From NCBI RefSeq assembly GCF_004010195.1, contig NC_057719.1:63303378-63367377 (forward strand): a stretch of DNA of 64,000 nucleotides. The letters are read 5' to 3'. Shown in pieces: positions 26,583 through 40,469 of this stretch. The stretch comes from Chiloscyllium plagiosum. Taxonomy: Eukaryota. The notes below the pieces were generated by a model. It worked only from the letters and a program-made list of their open reading frames with translations. It was not told where the DNA came from and did no database searches. A program made the translations under genes and the position numbers. Position 1 is the stretch's first letter, and every line of letters begins with the position of its first letter.

Positions 26583-29500
26583 TATCACACCATACCATAT
26601 CATGTGTCATGTCATGTAGTACAATTGGCAGTAAGCATCAGTAAATGTTGATAAAAGACTCCTTACTGAAGATCAGGCATTCTGAATGGACAACCAGCCA
26701 CAATAACTTGACATGGGTTCCGACCTCCAACTTAAATTGGCCGGAGTCAGACATTGTTTATTTCTTCTTAAAATACAAGACCTATTAATCTGCAAGCTCA
26801 TATTACTATTAAAAGAAACCAAAATGAAGTTTCAGCCTACTTTCTTACATAAAATTTAATATACAACATTTAAAAGTTAAGTTTAAAAGTAAAACTGGCA
26901 GCCAGAAGGCTACTTACATGTTAAGACTAAGACTGATAATCACCTACTTGTATAGCCCTCCTGTTGAAAAGAATTGTTTTAAGTACTGTAAAGTGATTTT
27001 GTTGTCTGAAATGTCCTGAGTTGCTCTCTAGCTTGTTTACTTTGAAGCTCATTACAAGCACAGCACTGGTACAATCCTTAATCTTACTGCTTATGTTTGA
27101 CCGGTAAAAAATCTGTCTCCTCACCATCATTTCCATGCACCAGGTAATGAAGGGTTGAATGATAACATTTCTGAGGCAAAGACAGAAAATCCAGAAGGAT
27201 AATGCTGTGGCTACAGGTCTCCTTCCCAATTCTCTGTGATTTCCTCCAGCTATACTGCCCAATTTTGAAGAAAATACATCCTTATGCCTTTAAGATCAGA
27301 GCATTCAAAAGCACAATGCGCACTGATCTGTTCCAGAACAAAATAGATGGAATTTGTTTTTTAAAAGTTTAAATAACTATAAACACTCGCAAATTGGCTA
27401 AAACAGCATTTCACAATTTTATACAATTTAGTGAAAAGTAATATTTTTACTGTACCTTGAAATATAAAATATATGAATTGTGATATGAAATTTATCAATG
27501 TGTGTACAGTTTAGTTTGTGTCCATTATTTTCTGTTGCTTTCAATAACAGTGAGAAGTTGGAACATTTTTGTTCAATTGCTGATTACTATCATTTAACTT
27601 TCCTTAGAAGAGCTAAAACGGAGACATGTAGCTGCAGTTGTAGAGAGATCTGAAACAAGTAGGAAAGGGAAAGAAACAGCTTTGCAATAGCTTAGTGATA
27701 ATGAGTAAAGAAAATGTCATGGTGGTGAGTGGGTGGTTATATTTGAAAGAAGGGTAAGTGCTTTGAAGTGGCACATTTATCCAGTCCCCACAAGTGCAGG
27801 TGAATGATTGGTTCAATGCAAGATCTCTTCCACAAATGTGACATTCTTTTTTTTTTGTGTTTGTTCTCCTTAAACATTCTTTCAGTGAGTACAAGATAGC
27901 AGACAATTTTAATGGTATGCCCAGTGGAGTATTTATAACAGTTGCTTGCACTTAGTCATGCTTTGAATGTGGGTAAACTTTCTTTACAGATTTTAAAGCG
28001 CATAGTTCTTTGTACATTTAGCATTTTCAAAAAAAATGTGTATTTTTGCAAAACATCACACAGTAGTTAGGATAACAACTGTGAATTCCATCATTCAGGT
28101 AGCTTATAATATTACTTTATTGCTTCAAAATTATTGTTTTTGACCTTAAGTGGTCAAATGAAATTATGAGCACAATCATATTAACCCTACAGGCTAACTT
28201 AATATATTCAGCCACATATTAACATGAGGTGAACAGATATTGGCTTTTTTGTGGGAGAGAAAGTACCTTAGAAACAGTGAGATTCAGTTTCCGCTGCTCA
28301 CTGCTAGGACAATTCAAGAATCGACAATTATGGAATGTGACAAGCAGTTTCAAGGGCATTCTATAAGGCCAAAGTTTGCTGAACTATGTGACCATGTGAA
28401 TGGCATATGCAATTATACATGAGCAAATCGGTTAGCAAATTGTAGCAAACAAGTTACCTCAAGAATTGAAAATTACCACAAGATGCTAAATGATTTGAAC
28501 CGCTTTGAATTTAATTCACAAAAATAGCAACAAGACAATTGCCTTCCCTGAGCTTATTAAAACCCAATGTGGTAATATCAGGTCACCAACCCAATGTCAT
28601 CACATCAGTCTCCAAACAGAGGTCAGGCAGCACTCAAAACAGCAACCTGCCTGCAAAAAAAAACCCAACACATCATTGAACTTGTTACAAACCCAGTTGT
28701 ACACAATTTTACTTTGATGCTGGACTTTTCAGACATTGAATCTAAAACTGTTTGAGGCCAGCTCAAGTGTGATGGCACAATGGCAGCAGACAAAGCCTGG
28801 GAGCATGGATGAATACATCAGCAGATTGCAAGAGGGAAGGTGTCTGAATGAATTGCAGAGCCCCCTCTTCTCAGCAACTGATTAATTAGGATTGATTCTG
28901 AGAGTGATGGGGCTTTATAATTCTAGTCCCTCTGCTGTATAACATAACCTGTGGTGCTAATTCTCAGAATCTACACACCGAGGTGTTATTCCTATTGCAA
29001 TGTAAATGTAGCTGCAACAAAAAAATTCAACACTATACTATTTATTACATTAAACCAAGTGACAAGAGCTTACTATGGTGTGGATTCAAAAACAGGATTA
29101 AGAAACTGAACCTGACACTAACTGCCAGCTTGGAAGAAAACAGGAATGATTTGTGAATAACAAGCAAGCTTTTCATGCTGCTATAAATGGTTCATTTTTA
29201 TGCTGCGACTTTGTTGCAACGCATTTTATTCAGCATGTATAAAGCTGGGGTGGGTTTGGCAGTTCCAGGTCGACCTCCCACACCCTGCTGAAAAGTGGAA
29301 AACTCATTTTAGTGTTAATGCTTCAGGTCCATGAGCTATGCAGAGCTAAAGAAAGTCAGAGATTTAACTGGTTTTCAGCAAGGCATCAAAAGGACAAAGG
29401 AAAAAAGGAAGGTCTAAAAATGGAGAGTGCGAATAACAAAACAGAATTATGATGGAATAAGAAAAGAAACAAAAGATGTGCCGACAGCATTTGAAAGTAA

Positions 29501-29954
29501 GAAACCTAAATATGCAAAGGAAATGGAAAGAAAAGGGATATATAGAGCTGACAGCCTGAAATTGTTGAACTCAGTGATGAGACTGGAAAGCTGTGAAATG
29601 CCGAAAGAATAGTTGAGGAGTTGTTCCTCAAGTTCAGATCAGCTTCACCAAATTATTTGCAGCAGGCCATGGACAGAGATGTCTGTTTCAGAGTAAGGTG
29701 GAGAATTAAAACAACAGGCCACTGGAAGATCAGCGTAATGCTTGTGGCCTGATTGGCGATGTTCCGCAAAGCAGTCACCCAATCTACATGTGGACTGCCC
29801 AATATAGAGAAAAGTACATTGTGATCAGCAAATGCAGTCAAGTGAATTGAAAGGAGTACATATAAGGTACTGCTTCAACTGGAAGAAGAGTGTGAGGCTA
29901 TGGATGGTGAGGAGAGAGGGGTAATAGGGACAGGTGTCACAACTCTAGTATTTA

Positions 29955-30860
29955 GAATCATACAGGCCTAGAGATGTACAGCAAGGAAACAGACCCTTCG
30001 CTCCAACTTGCCCATGCTGATCAGTCCAATCTAGTCCAATTTGCCAGCACTTGGCCATTATCCATCTAAACCCTTCCTATTCATATACCCACCCAGAAAC
30101 CTTTTAAATGTTGTAATTTTATAGCAGCTTCCACCACTTCCTCTGGCAGCTCATTCCATATATGCACCACCCTCTGCGTAAAAAAGTTGCCCGTTAGCTC
30201 CCTTTTATATTTTTCCCCTCTTGCTTTAAACCAACGCCCTCTAGATTTGGACTCCCCCAGCCCAGGGTAAAAACCTTGCCTATTTACCCTAACCATGCTT
30301 CTCATGATTTTATAAACCTTTATAAGGTCACCCCTCCGCTTCCAACACGCCAGGGAAAACAGCCCCAGCCTGTTCGGCCTCTCCCCATAGCTCAAATCCT
30401 CCAATCCTGGCAATATCCTTGTAAATCTTGTTTGAACCTTTTCAAGTTTTACAACATCCTTCCGATAGGAAGGAGACCAGAATTGCACGCAATATTCCAA
30501 ATGTGGCCTAACCAATGTCCTGTACAGCCGCAACATGACCTCCCACTCCTGTACTCAATACTCTGACCAATAAAGGAAAGTATACCAAACACCTTCTTCA
30601 CTATCTTATCTACCTGTGACTCCACTTTCAAAGGAGTATGAACTTGCACTCCAAGATCTCTTTGTTCAGCAACACTCCCTAGGACCTTACCATTAAATGT
30701 TTAAGTCCTACTCTGAATTACCTTTCTAAAATGCAGCACCTCACATTTATCTAAATTAAACTCCAACTGCCACTCCTCAGTCGATTAGCTCATCTGATCC
30801 AGATCCCATTGTACTCTGAGATAACCTTCTTTGCTGTTGACTACACCTCCAATTTTGCAT
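29955..30860 (-). mobile_element. 5'-truncated CR1/HER1 LINE
   Basis: LYRTLVRPHLEYCVQFWSP..NFFTQRVVHIWNELP. Confidence 0.95.
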
Positions 30861-30948
30861 GGAAAAGTACCATGAGAATGAGTTACTGGGGAGTGGGCCA
30901 AGGTATCCCAGAGAGAACCATTCCTTTGGGATGGTGAATGGAAGGGGA

Positions 30949-31094
30949 ATCGACGTTTCGGGCATAAGCCCTTCTTCATGAAATTCCTGAAACGTCGATT
31001 CTCCTGCTCCTTGGATGCTGCCTGACCTGCTGTACTTTTCCAGTAACACACTTTTCAGCTCTGATCTCCAGCATCTGCAGTCCTCACTTTCTCC
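30949..31094. mobile_element. Mini-PLE with inverted 5' part and hammerhead relic
   Basis: 14-bp TSD tgaatggaagggga (30935-30948, 31095-31108); minus strand atgaagaagggcttatgcccgaaacgtc. Confidence 0.88.
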
Positions 31095-33139
31095 TGAATG
31101 GAAGGGGAGGAAAAGATATCTTGGCTGCTGGTATCAAACAGAAGGTGATTGGATTGGTGGAGGAACACAGAGGCTTGTCATATAGAAGGTGAGGAAAAGA
31201 GGACATCTATGATTGTTCTGGGAGGGAAGGCATGGAGTGAGAGTAGGAGTGCAAACAATGTGGCAGACATGATTGGGCGCCTTCTCAACCATGGTTCTCG
31301 GAAATACTGGTGTAGAAGTTTGTATTGTTAGAACAGATGGAGGAATTTATGGAATGGAATGTACTAAGTCACCATCAGATCAGCCAGGACCTTATCAGAT
31401 GGCAGAGCAGACTCAAGGTACCGCATGATCTACTCCTGCATGAAATTCATATGTTTGTACATTCATATTTTCAAATGAAGAGGAGCAAATTTTGTTCAAT
31501 GTTGAACATTACACAAGGATGATCTTATTTTATACAGGCAACGACACACACAAGTCTTTTTACATGACGAAATAAGTTACAACCTCACCTGTTTGTTAAG
31601 TTTTATTTAAGTAGTTCCAGAAATACATTTAGCCTGCTTTCATCAAATATGCATATAGATAAATGGTGTAGATAAATGTTCTCCAATAGGAGGAATTCCT
31701 TTACTTCAGGAATTTCTAAAATCGATTCTGATGCACATAACAATAACTGCAACACTCAAAACAACTCTCAATATTCCAGAAATAGAACAGGCAGAGTGAT
31801 TAATTGAACATAAATCATCTGAAACTGCAGTCAGTGGGGATTGTATTTTCAAAACAAAGTCAGTGATTAAAATACTACAATCCTCTTGTCTTAAACCAGT
31901 CTTTGTGGTAACAGCATCTCTGCAACATATATACTGTTTGGTTCTGCCAAAAAAAATCTCTCTTTGATCATAATCTTTAAAGCGTTGAGAGACATGAGGT
32001 TGTTTGCAACTATGAGGCATTAAATATTTTTAAATTCAAAAATGTTTGTATCAACAAGGCAAGAAAATTCATTAAAGAACATAAAGTTTCAACTGTAATT
32101 TCCAAATTCCACTTTGCATTAAAAGGACGTTGCTTAAATTATTGATTAGACTTAAGGAGATTTCTTAAAAAGGCAGGAATGTCTAATAAAGCTCTGTTTT
32201 TGACAACCAAATACTTAGGCTTCATTCCATGGATCTTAGTTTTGTTTTAATAAGTGTTGTAGCTCTTGCTGTAGGAAGAATAGAAGCATTTTTGTATGGT
32301 GCCCAGAAAAGGATGGCTCAAGTCAATCAAAAGCGCATTTTCAAAAGACAAAAGTTATCTGACTACACCAATCTCATATAGGAAGGTATCACTAACATGT
32401 GCAGATTTCTTTAGGACTTCTGCCAGTTAATCTAAACAGAAAGTTAAAATGAATTTCTCCAAAAGCAGAAAGTGAACTCAGGTATCCAGGAAATGGAAAT
32501 AGTATCACTATGGATGACTGTCAGTAATCCTGATGTCTCAGAAAGCCAACATCGGCATTCTGGAAGACTGAGAGTCAAACTTAAACCCAAATAGCTTCTT
32601 GACATAGCTTCTCGTCAAGCTGTCAAATCCCTGATGGGTTCCTGGATGATTCTGTGCTCATGGTGAATATTTTTTGTCAGGGATTCAATCCAAGTGTTGG
32701 AACACACCTTTAATGAACTGCAAATTGCAACATATTGTCTCACTGCTCCTCTACTCCATTTAAACTCTTACCATTTAAGATGAACATAAATTGGTGCTTT
32801 TAAAAGATATAACTTCACATTTCTCCACAGTTTGTTGGGCAGACTTACTCCCCTTTCATTCCTAGAGTGATGTTTGAAATAAACTAAAAGGTACACTTGC
32901 TTTGGTAATTCTTGCCAGAGTATCCACATCAACAAAGACAGCTTAAGAGAGAGGGATGGCTGAAATAAGTGGTCATTAACACACCTAATAGGTTCTGAGT
33001 GGTCATGGACTCAAACCCAGGGCTTGAGGTAGGGATTTCCTGAGGTATTATTTCAGTTTTCTTTGTACTGATTCTAAGCTAAAGTTGTCACATTGAAGAA
33101 CAGGTCTCTGCTATACATCATTCAGGTATTCCAATGGAG

Positions 33140-33850
33140 AACAAAATTTCAAAATTTGTCAATGTCACCAAAGTTGAATGAGTGGCAAAAAGTGAGAATG
33201 ACACAAATCAACGGCAACAGAACATTCATAGATTGACAGAATGGATGGGCATGTAGCAGATGTAAATTAATAGAGAAATGTGAGATGATACGTTTTGACA
33301 GAAGGGATAGGGAGAGGCAATCTAGAGATAATGAGTCATTCTGAAGCATGTACAGGGAGAGAGAAGTTTGAGGTGCATAAGTATAGATCATTGTAGGTGA
33401 ATCTTTGCTGACCATATTGAGAAAATTGTCAGCAAAACATATGAGATCTCGGATCTTATATATTGAGGTAATAAGCATAAAAGTGGGGAAGTTATTCTGA
33501 ACAATTATAAATCTATGATTAGGCCACAACTTGAAGATTGGGTCCAATTCTGATCATCACTCCTTTGGCAGAGTGTAAGGGTCCGAGAGAGGGTGTAGAG
33601 GTGATCAGAGAGAAGCGAGGAAGGACTTTTTTAACACAGCGAGCGACTATGATTTGGAGCTCACTGCTCAGAAGAGTGATTAAAGCAGAGATAGTGGCTG
33701 ATTAATCAAAGGAAATTGGATAAGCATTTAATGGCAGTTAACTTACAGAGTGACAGGAATAGAATGGTGAATGGGACTGGCTGGTTTGGTCTACTGAGAC
33801 TTGGCATAGACTCAATGGGACAAATGGCTTCCTCCTGTACCATAAAAGAT
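33140..33850 (+). mobile_element. Old decayed CR1 3' fragment
   Basis: ttaggccacaacttgaagattgggtccaattctg (RPQLE..VQF), gactttttaacacag and a CR1-type 3' UTR. Confidence 0.65.
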
Positions 33851-34039
33851 TTCTGTATCTGTTCTGATAAACTAAATGAATTACTTTTTCAGTACCTCTG
33901 CTAATCATCTCATTCAGTCCTAAAAGGTTTACTTTTTCATAGCAAAGCAGCCCTACCTTAGCTTTCCTCTACTCCTACACTTCATACTCCAGTTTATCAA
34001 TACGAGCCATTGCAAAAAAAAATTGAAGAAAAATAGATC

Positions 34040-34262
34040 ACGGGGGTTCTTGTGTGCAGTGTTAGTATCCCTAGCCCTGAGCCAAGAGACCCGGGTTTAA
34101 GTCATACCCACTCCAGAAGTGTGCAATAACATATCTGAACAGGTTGATTAGAGAGACCAATAAAAAGCAGCCCTTGTCCCTACCCCTGAGCCACCAGACT
34201 CAGCTTTAAGTCCCATCTGCTCCAGAGGAGTGTATTAACACCTCTGAATAGTTTTATTAGAT
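34040..34262 (+). mobile_element. Two tandem copies of a short tRNA-like SINE
   Basis: tcccta.ccctgagcca...tttaagtc...ctccaga.g...aaca..tctgaa.ag..attag occurs twice (~34040-34151, ~34175-34260). Confidence 0.5.
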
Positions 34263-36469
34263 AATGTTATAAAATAAACCCAGACTATTCAATTGGAAAC
34301 ACAGGTGATTTAATGGAGAATGCGATGGTCAATAGAGAAAAAAATAACACAATGAGTTAGTTCTGAGGCTAATAAACTACTCAGTTCTGTGTAAGATCAG
34401 TTCTGGGTATATTTTTAAAAAAGCAGACCCGGGGTGAGTTCGCAGAACTGTCTGTCTCGGACTGGGACTAATCTTTGCACATCACATGTAGTGACTATAT
34501 TTTGGCCTTAAACAATGTTCCTTTCCAACCGAGCTTCCTAAATTATCACAACAATATTTTCCAATAGTGCTAATGTTTCTTCATACAGCTTGAAATGGAC
34601 TCCCATCTCATTATTATTCCATGATATTCCCCAAAAGGTTGCATGTATTTCAAATGTACCATCTACAATCCAATTTGTGTGGAATTTTCCTTTTTTAAAA
34701 AAATACTTATTGTTGCTGATCAACAACGTGTGCTGGGACCTACTTTGCCATGATGGTCAAGGTTGCATGTAGGGGAAATAAATGACCCTTTACTGACCAT
34801 CCAGTCAAGGCTGACAAAACAGGAAAAAACATAAAATCCAACTTCAAAGGTTACTAGCTTTTAATCATGCAATAAAGAGAGAAGTTTCTCATTCTGCACT
34901 CATCAGGACAAATGCAAGAATGGCAAATTTCAAATAATCACAACAATGTATATTCTCTGATACTCCATTTGTCCTAATGAGTGTTACACAAAATGCTTTG
35001 ACAACTTTTCTCTCATTTTCACAAGACTCAAGTTCTGGCCTTACAAATTTTTATTCATGCAGTAGGCTTCTCATCAGCTCAATATACTTGTGTCTTCATT
35101 CTTTTTGGAGATTTTATAGGAAAAAATGTCCACATCAAGAAACAACTAATCATTTTAAGACCGTTACAGAAATGAGCACTTATGTGGCAGAAGAGGATTT
35201 TTTAAAAAATCGAAATCAACCCTTTTTAAAAGAAAATAATGAAATCCAGTAGTGATTGGTTAACTGTTGCCAAAGATGCAACAACGCAAATATTGTCGTG
35301 TGAGTTTGTAGTCATTTCTGATCAACACAAAGCTGTTGCCAACCAAAAGAAATCTCAGAGCCTTGACATTGATAAGGGCAGCAGATTGTGACATACTTAC
35401 GGATCATTTGGTTTACACGAATTATGTTGTAATCGCTCTTTCCCAGGCACTGAAATGCACAGCTGTATGCCAGAAAGACCAAAGCAACATAGCCAGAGTA
35501 ACTAATTTCTACTTTGTTGCAGAGCTGAAACAGATGCCTTTATCCTTTCAACCCTGTCGGTTCCTTTTTATAGTTTTATAACCAACATAAAAATAACATC
35601 TTCCTTCTGTTCTTCAAGTTGAATACTTTAACCCCTTTCTTAATAATGCATGTAACTCCAATATGGTACAGTGGAACTTTATTACATTTCAGGCATGTTT
35701 CACAGTTGTGGCTTACAGTACAGAATGTATCACACATACCATTCTCAGCAGTGTTTGTGTTTGATTCATGAAGGAAGCTCTTACCCAAGCTGGAGTATCC
35801 ACTATTCAGTAGCAGTCAACTTGACCTACACTGAGGTTGCCCCTTGGCTTCCTCTTTTTCCTGTGGCCTTTGCTTCCTTTCTTTCTTCCAGCTGCAGTCC
35901 TTGCTCCTGTTCTGATAACCTCTGATTCAACTATGCATCTGCTCTCTCTTTATTACCACTTTTATTGGTGGGGATAGAAGATAATTGTGCTTTTTCAATT
36001 TTTTGATAGGAAGTAGGTGTCTTTGTCAAGGCCAGTATGTGTTGCCTGCCCCTTACTGCCCTTCAACTGAGTGGCTTACTAAGCAGTTTCAAAGGGAAAA
36101 CAAGCATCAGCCACATTGCTGTGGGTCTGAAGTCACATGCATTGTTAATATCTAGTAACAATCCCACTATGCCAGTAAATTCCATTAAAATATAATGCTT
36201 TTTCTCTTGGGACACTTTCACTGAGTAAGGTGTCAAAGCAGAGTTCAGTGTCTTTTCTTAAATTCACTTATGGCATGTGGGTGAGCTGTATTTATTGCCA
36301 ATCCCTAATTTCCCTGGAGAAGAGGGTGATGAGTTGCCTCCTTGAACTGCAGCAGCTATTGGGTATCATGGCGCCCACATTGGGAAGGGAGTTCCAGAAT
36401 TTTGATGTAGTAAAACAGCATTTCATTCTAAATCAGATCTGTATGACTTTGAGGAGAACTTACAGATGT

Positions 36470-36787
36470 GGGCGGCACAGTGGCACAGTGGTTAGCACTG
36501 CTGCCTCACAGCGCCAGAGACCCGGTTCAATTCCTGCCTCAGGCGACTCTATGTATGGAGTTTGCACGTTCTCCCCGTGTCTGCGTGGGTTTCCTCCGGG
36601 TGCTCCGGTTTCCTCCCACAGTCCAAAAATGTGCAGGTTAGGTGAATTGGCCAAGTTAAATTGCCCGTAGTGTTAGGTGAAGGGATAGGTGTAGGGGAAT
36701 GGGTCTGGGTGGGTTGCGCTTCGGTGGGTCGGTGTGGACTTGTTGGGCTGAAGGGCCTGTTTCCACACTGTAAGTAATCTAATCTAA
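36470..36787 (+). mobile_element. Full-length HE1-type SINE
   Basis: A box tggcacagtgg, B box ggttcaattcc, central core, tail gggcctgtttccacactgtaagtaatctaatcta. Confidence 0.95.
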
Positions 36788-37789
36788 TGGTATTCCCCTT
36801 TTTCTGCTGCCTTTGCCCTTTTCAGTACTAGATCCTGTGGGTTTGGAAGATACTATCAAAGGAGCCTTGGTGAATTTCTGTGCTGCATCTTGTAGGTGAT
36901 ACATACATACATGTGCAGGAGGTGCTAGATAGGCTGTCAGTCAACTGGGTTGCTTTGTCCTGGCTGGTGCCTGTCTGCTTGAATATAGTTGGAGCTGCAC
37001 TCAAGTGGGAAGCCTTTCATCACACTTCTTACCTCTGCTTTACAGATGGAGGAGAGGCATTACGGGCCAGGAAGTGAGTTATTCACCACAGAATTCTTAA
37101 CCTCTGATCTGCTCTCACAGCCATCGTGTTTGGCTAGGCCAGTTGAGTTTCTGGTCAATGGTAACCCCCAGATTGTTGACAGCATTCAGTGATGGCAATG
37201 CTATTGAATGTCAAGGAGCAATGGTTAGAATTTCTCTGGTTGGGGGTGGTCATTGCCTGGCACATGTATGGTACAAAGGTTACTTGCCATTCATTGGCCC
37301 AGACCTGGATATTGCCTTAGTCTTGCTGTCTATGGACATGGACTGATTCAGTATCTGAAGAATCGCAAATGGTGCTGAACATTTGTAATCATCAGCGAAC
37401 ATCCCCACTTCTGACCTTATGATGGAGGGAAGGTTATTGGTGAAGCAGCTGAAGATGGTTGGGCTGAGGACACTCCACTGAAGAACTTCTGCAGAGATGT
37501 CCTGAAGTTGAGATAATTTACTTTCAACAGTCATACCATCTTTCTTTGTGCCAGTTATGACACTAATTAGTAGAGGGCTTCCTCACCCCACAATTCTCTC
37601 CACTTCCAACCCCTATCCCCTGCCACTGGCCACTGGCCTGATCCTATTCCAGTTTTGCAGGGCTCCTTGACACCACAGTCAGTCAAATGCTGTTTTGATA
37701 TCAAGGGCAGTCGTTCATAATTCTCACCTCACCTCTGTAATTCAGCCCTTTTGTTCATGTTTGGACGAAGGCTGTAATATGGTAAAAAG

Positions 37790-38872
37790 ACAAGCATGGT
37801 GATGGAAAAACACAGCAGGACAGGCAGCATCTGAGGACAGGAGAGTCTATGTTTCAAGCATTAGCCCTTCATCAGGAATTTGGGGGTGTGTGGGGATTGG
37901 TGAAGGGCGCTGAGAGATAAAAAGGGATGTGGAGGTGAGGCTGGAGGGAAGGTGGCTTGGAAGGCAATAGGTGGATGCAGCTGGGGGGATGATTGTGATA
38001 AGTCGGAGGGAATGGTGAAGTGGCTAAGTGGGAAGGAAAATAGACAGGTGAGATAGGTCAAGATGGGGTGCTGAGTTGGAGGATTGGATCTGGGATGAGG
38101 TGGGGAGAGGAGAGATTTGGAAACTAGTGAAGTCAACATTGATACTGTGTGGTTGAAGGGTCCCAATGCGGGAGATGAGGCATTCTTCCTCCAGTCATCG
38201 GATGACTTGGATTTGGCGGTGGAGCAGGCCTAAGACTTGCATGCCCTTAGTGGAGTGGAAGGGGCAGTTGAAGTAGTCGGCCACAGGGCGGTGGGGTTGT
38301 TGGGTGCATGTGTCCCAGAGATGTTTCCTGAAACACCCCGTGAGTATTCGCAATGTAGAGAAGACCACATCGAGAGCAAGGGACACAGTATATGAGGTGG
38401 GTAGATGTGCAGGAAAATCTCTGCCGGATGTGAAAAGATCCTTTGGGGTCTTGAATGGAGGTTAGGAAAGAGGTGTGGGCGCAGGTTTCACAACTCTTGC
38501 GGCAGCAAGGGAAAGTGCTGGATGTGGAGGGTGGGTTGGTGGGGATGTCATAGGAGTAGTCATGGAGAGAATGGTCTCTGCGGAATGCAGATAGGGGGGG
38601 AGGGAAATATGTCTCTGGTGGTGGGTTCTGAATTTAGGTGGCAGAAATGGCAGAGGATAATGTACTGTATCCAAAGATTAATGGGGTGGAATGTGAGGAC
38701 CTATCCTTGTTGTGGTTGGAGAAGTGGAGTTCAAGAGCGGAGGTGTGGCAAGTGGAGGAGATGCGCTAGAGGATGTTGTTAATCACATGGGAGGAGAAAT
38801 TGCAGTCCTGAAAATAAGAGGTCATCTAGGATGTCCTGGAGTGGAAATGCTCCTCCTTGGAGTAGATATGGT
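37790..38872 (-). mobile_element. Penelope-like element (Neptune-like) 3' part: GIY-YIG endonuclease and terminal repeat
   Basis: Minus strand HLIYCVPCSRCGLLYI..FRKHLWDTCTQQPHRPVADYFN..LEEECLISRIGTLQP; hammerhead relic ctgatgaagggctaatgcttgaaacata at ~37846-37875. Confidence 0.85.
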
Positions 38873-39868
38873 ACAGTGTCACTGGGGAAAGATGTACTGT
38901 TCCATGTATCCTGTGAAGAGGCAGGCATACTGAAACAGCTTGGGTAGGGGTGCAGTTATTTACTGAGCACAAGCCTCAGAATTATTGCCAGAATGTTATC
39001 AGGGTCTTAAACCTTTGCCTTCTAGTATATGCTTCCTACCACATGGAATGAATTGAATTGGTTGAAGAAGAAGCCAAGATGCATCATACATTTGCCACTT
39101 TTGACTGAAGATTGTTGCAAATGCCTCAGCCTTGGCTTTTGCACTGATGTGTTGGGTTCTTCCATCATTGAGGATGGAGATATTTATGGAGCTGCCTTCT
39201 CCCGTCAATCATTTAATTATCCACCACCATTCATGACTGCATGTGGCAGGACTGCAGAGCTTAGATCTGATTCTTTGGTTGTGGGATTACTTGGTCCAGT
39301 CAGTTTACGTGCTATTTATGCTATATGATATGAAAGCAGTCTGTGCCATAGCTTCACCAGGTTAATACTTCACTTTTAGGTAACAGTTCATTTTTAGGTA
39401 TGCCTGGTGCTGCTCCTACAATTGAACCAGGATTGATCCTCTGATTTGTTAATAGCAGGTGAGTGGGAGATATGCTGAGTCATGAGGTTGCAAATTGTGT
39501 TTGAGTACAATTCTGCTGCTGCTATTGATGGCCCACAGCACCTCATGGATGCCCAGTTTTGCACTGCTAGATCTGTGTGAAGTCTAACCCATTTAGCAAA
39601 GTGGTAGTGCCACAGAATATGAAGAACACTTTTAATGTGAAAGCAAGTATGTCTCCACAAGGACCATGTGGTAGTCAGTCTTACCAATACTGTCATGGAC
39701 AGATGGTAGATTGATGAGGATAAGATCAAGCAGATTTGCACCCATATTGGTTTCCTCATCACTCGGCACAGAGTCAGGCTTGGAGCTATGTCCTTTAGGA
39801 TTCAGCCAGCTTAGCTCAGTAGTGTGCTACAGAGCCACAGTTGGTGACAGACGTTGAAGTCACCCCCT

Positions 39869-39889
39869 CCCCCCCCCCCCCCCCCCCCC
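39869..39889. repeat. C21 homopolymer
   Basis: Seen directly. Confidence 0.95.
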
Positions 39890-40469
39890 GAGAACATTAA
39901 ACCACCCTGAGTATTTTATCCAAGTGGTGGTTCAATATGGAGAAGTACTGAATCCTCAATGGAGGGAGGCAGGAGGTGATAATCAACAGGAGGTTTCTTG
40001 GTCCACATTTGACCTGATGCAATTGGATTTAATGGTGTTCAGAATCCATACTGAAGGTTTCCACATCAACTCCTTTTCAACAGTATCCTCTCACCTCTAG
40101 TGGGTTTGTCCTGCTCTTAGGACAGTACATACCTAGGAATGGTAATGTTTGAGACATTGTAAAGTATAATTCAATGAGTATGGTGTCAGGCTGCTTTGCA
40201 TGGTCTACAGGGCTGACTTTGTCATTGTCACCTTTGGTGTCCAGGTTTATGAGGGTGGTCCATTTGGTTTCATTTATTTCTTCAGGCTTTTAAATTTTTG
40301 GGACTAGTGAGTGACCTTCTGTATCTTTTAAAGTCAACCACATTATTGTGGGGTCAGGCCTCACATTTAGTCCAGGCTACACCAGGTCAAGATAGCGGAT
40401 CACCTTCAGTAACAGTGTTAACAAACCAATTATTTTTCAAAAAATGAACAGGGTTAGCTTTTACTTCCA

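Larger units (their letters stand above)
29300..31350 (-). mobile_element. Old PLE relic (GIY-YIG region), split by CR1 and a mini-PLE
   Basis: Minus strand LYIGQSTCRLGDCFAEH at ~29760-29810; resembles the PLE at 37790-38872. Confidence 0.65.
36250..39900 (-). mobile_element. Old CR1/L2-group LINE (second family) with nested HE1 SINE and PLE
   Basis: Minus strand LQWSVLSPTIFSCFTNNLPSIIRSEVGMFADD (37280-37534); KAKAEAFATIFSQK (~39100). Confidence 0.75.

Noticed and set aside
35785..35940. Minus-strand coiled-coil-like peptide (LNQRLSEQEQGLQLEERKE) near a GG|GTAAGA donor-like site
   Set aside because: In-frame stop before the donor and no convincing acceptor; cannot be assigned to a gene
36470..36545. 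tRNA gene
   Set aside because: The A and B boxes are the head of an HE1 SINE and run on into the SINE core and tail
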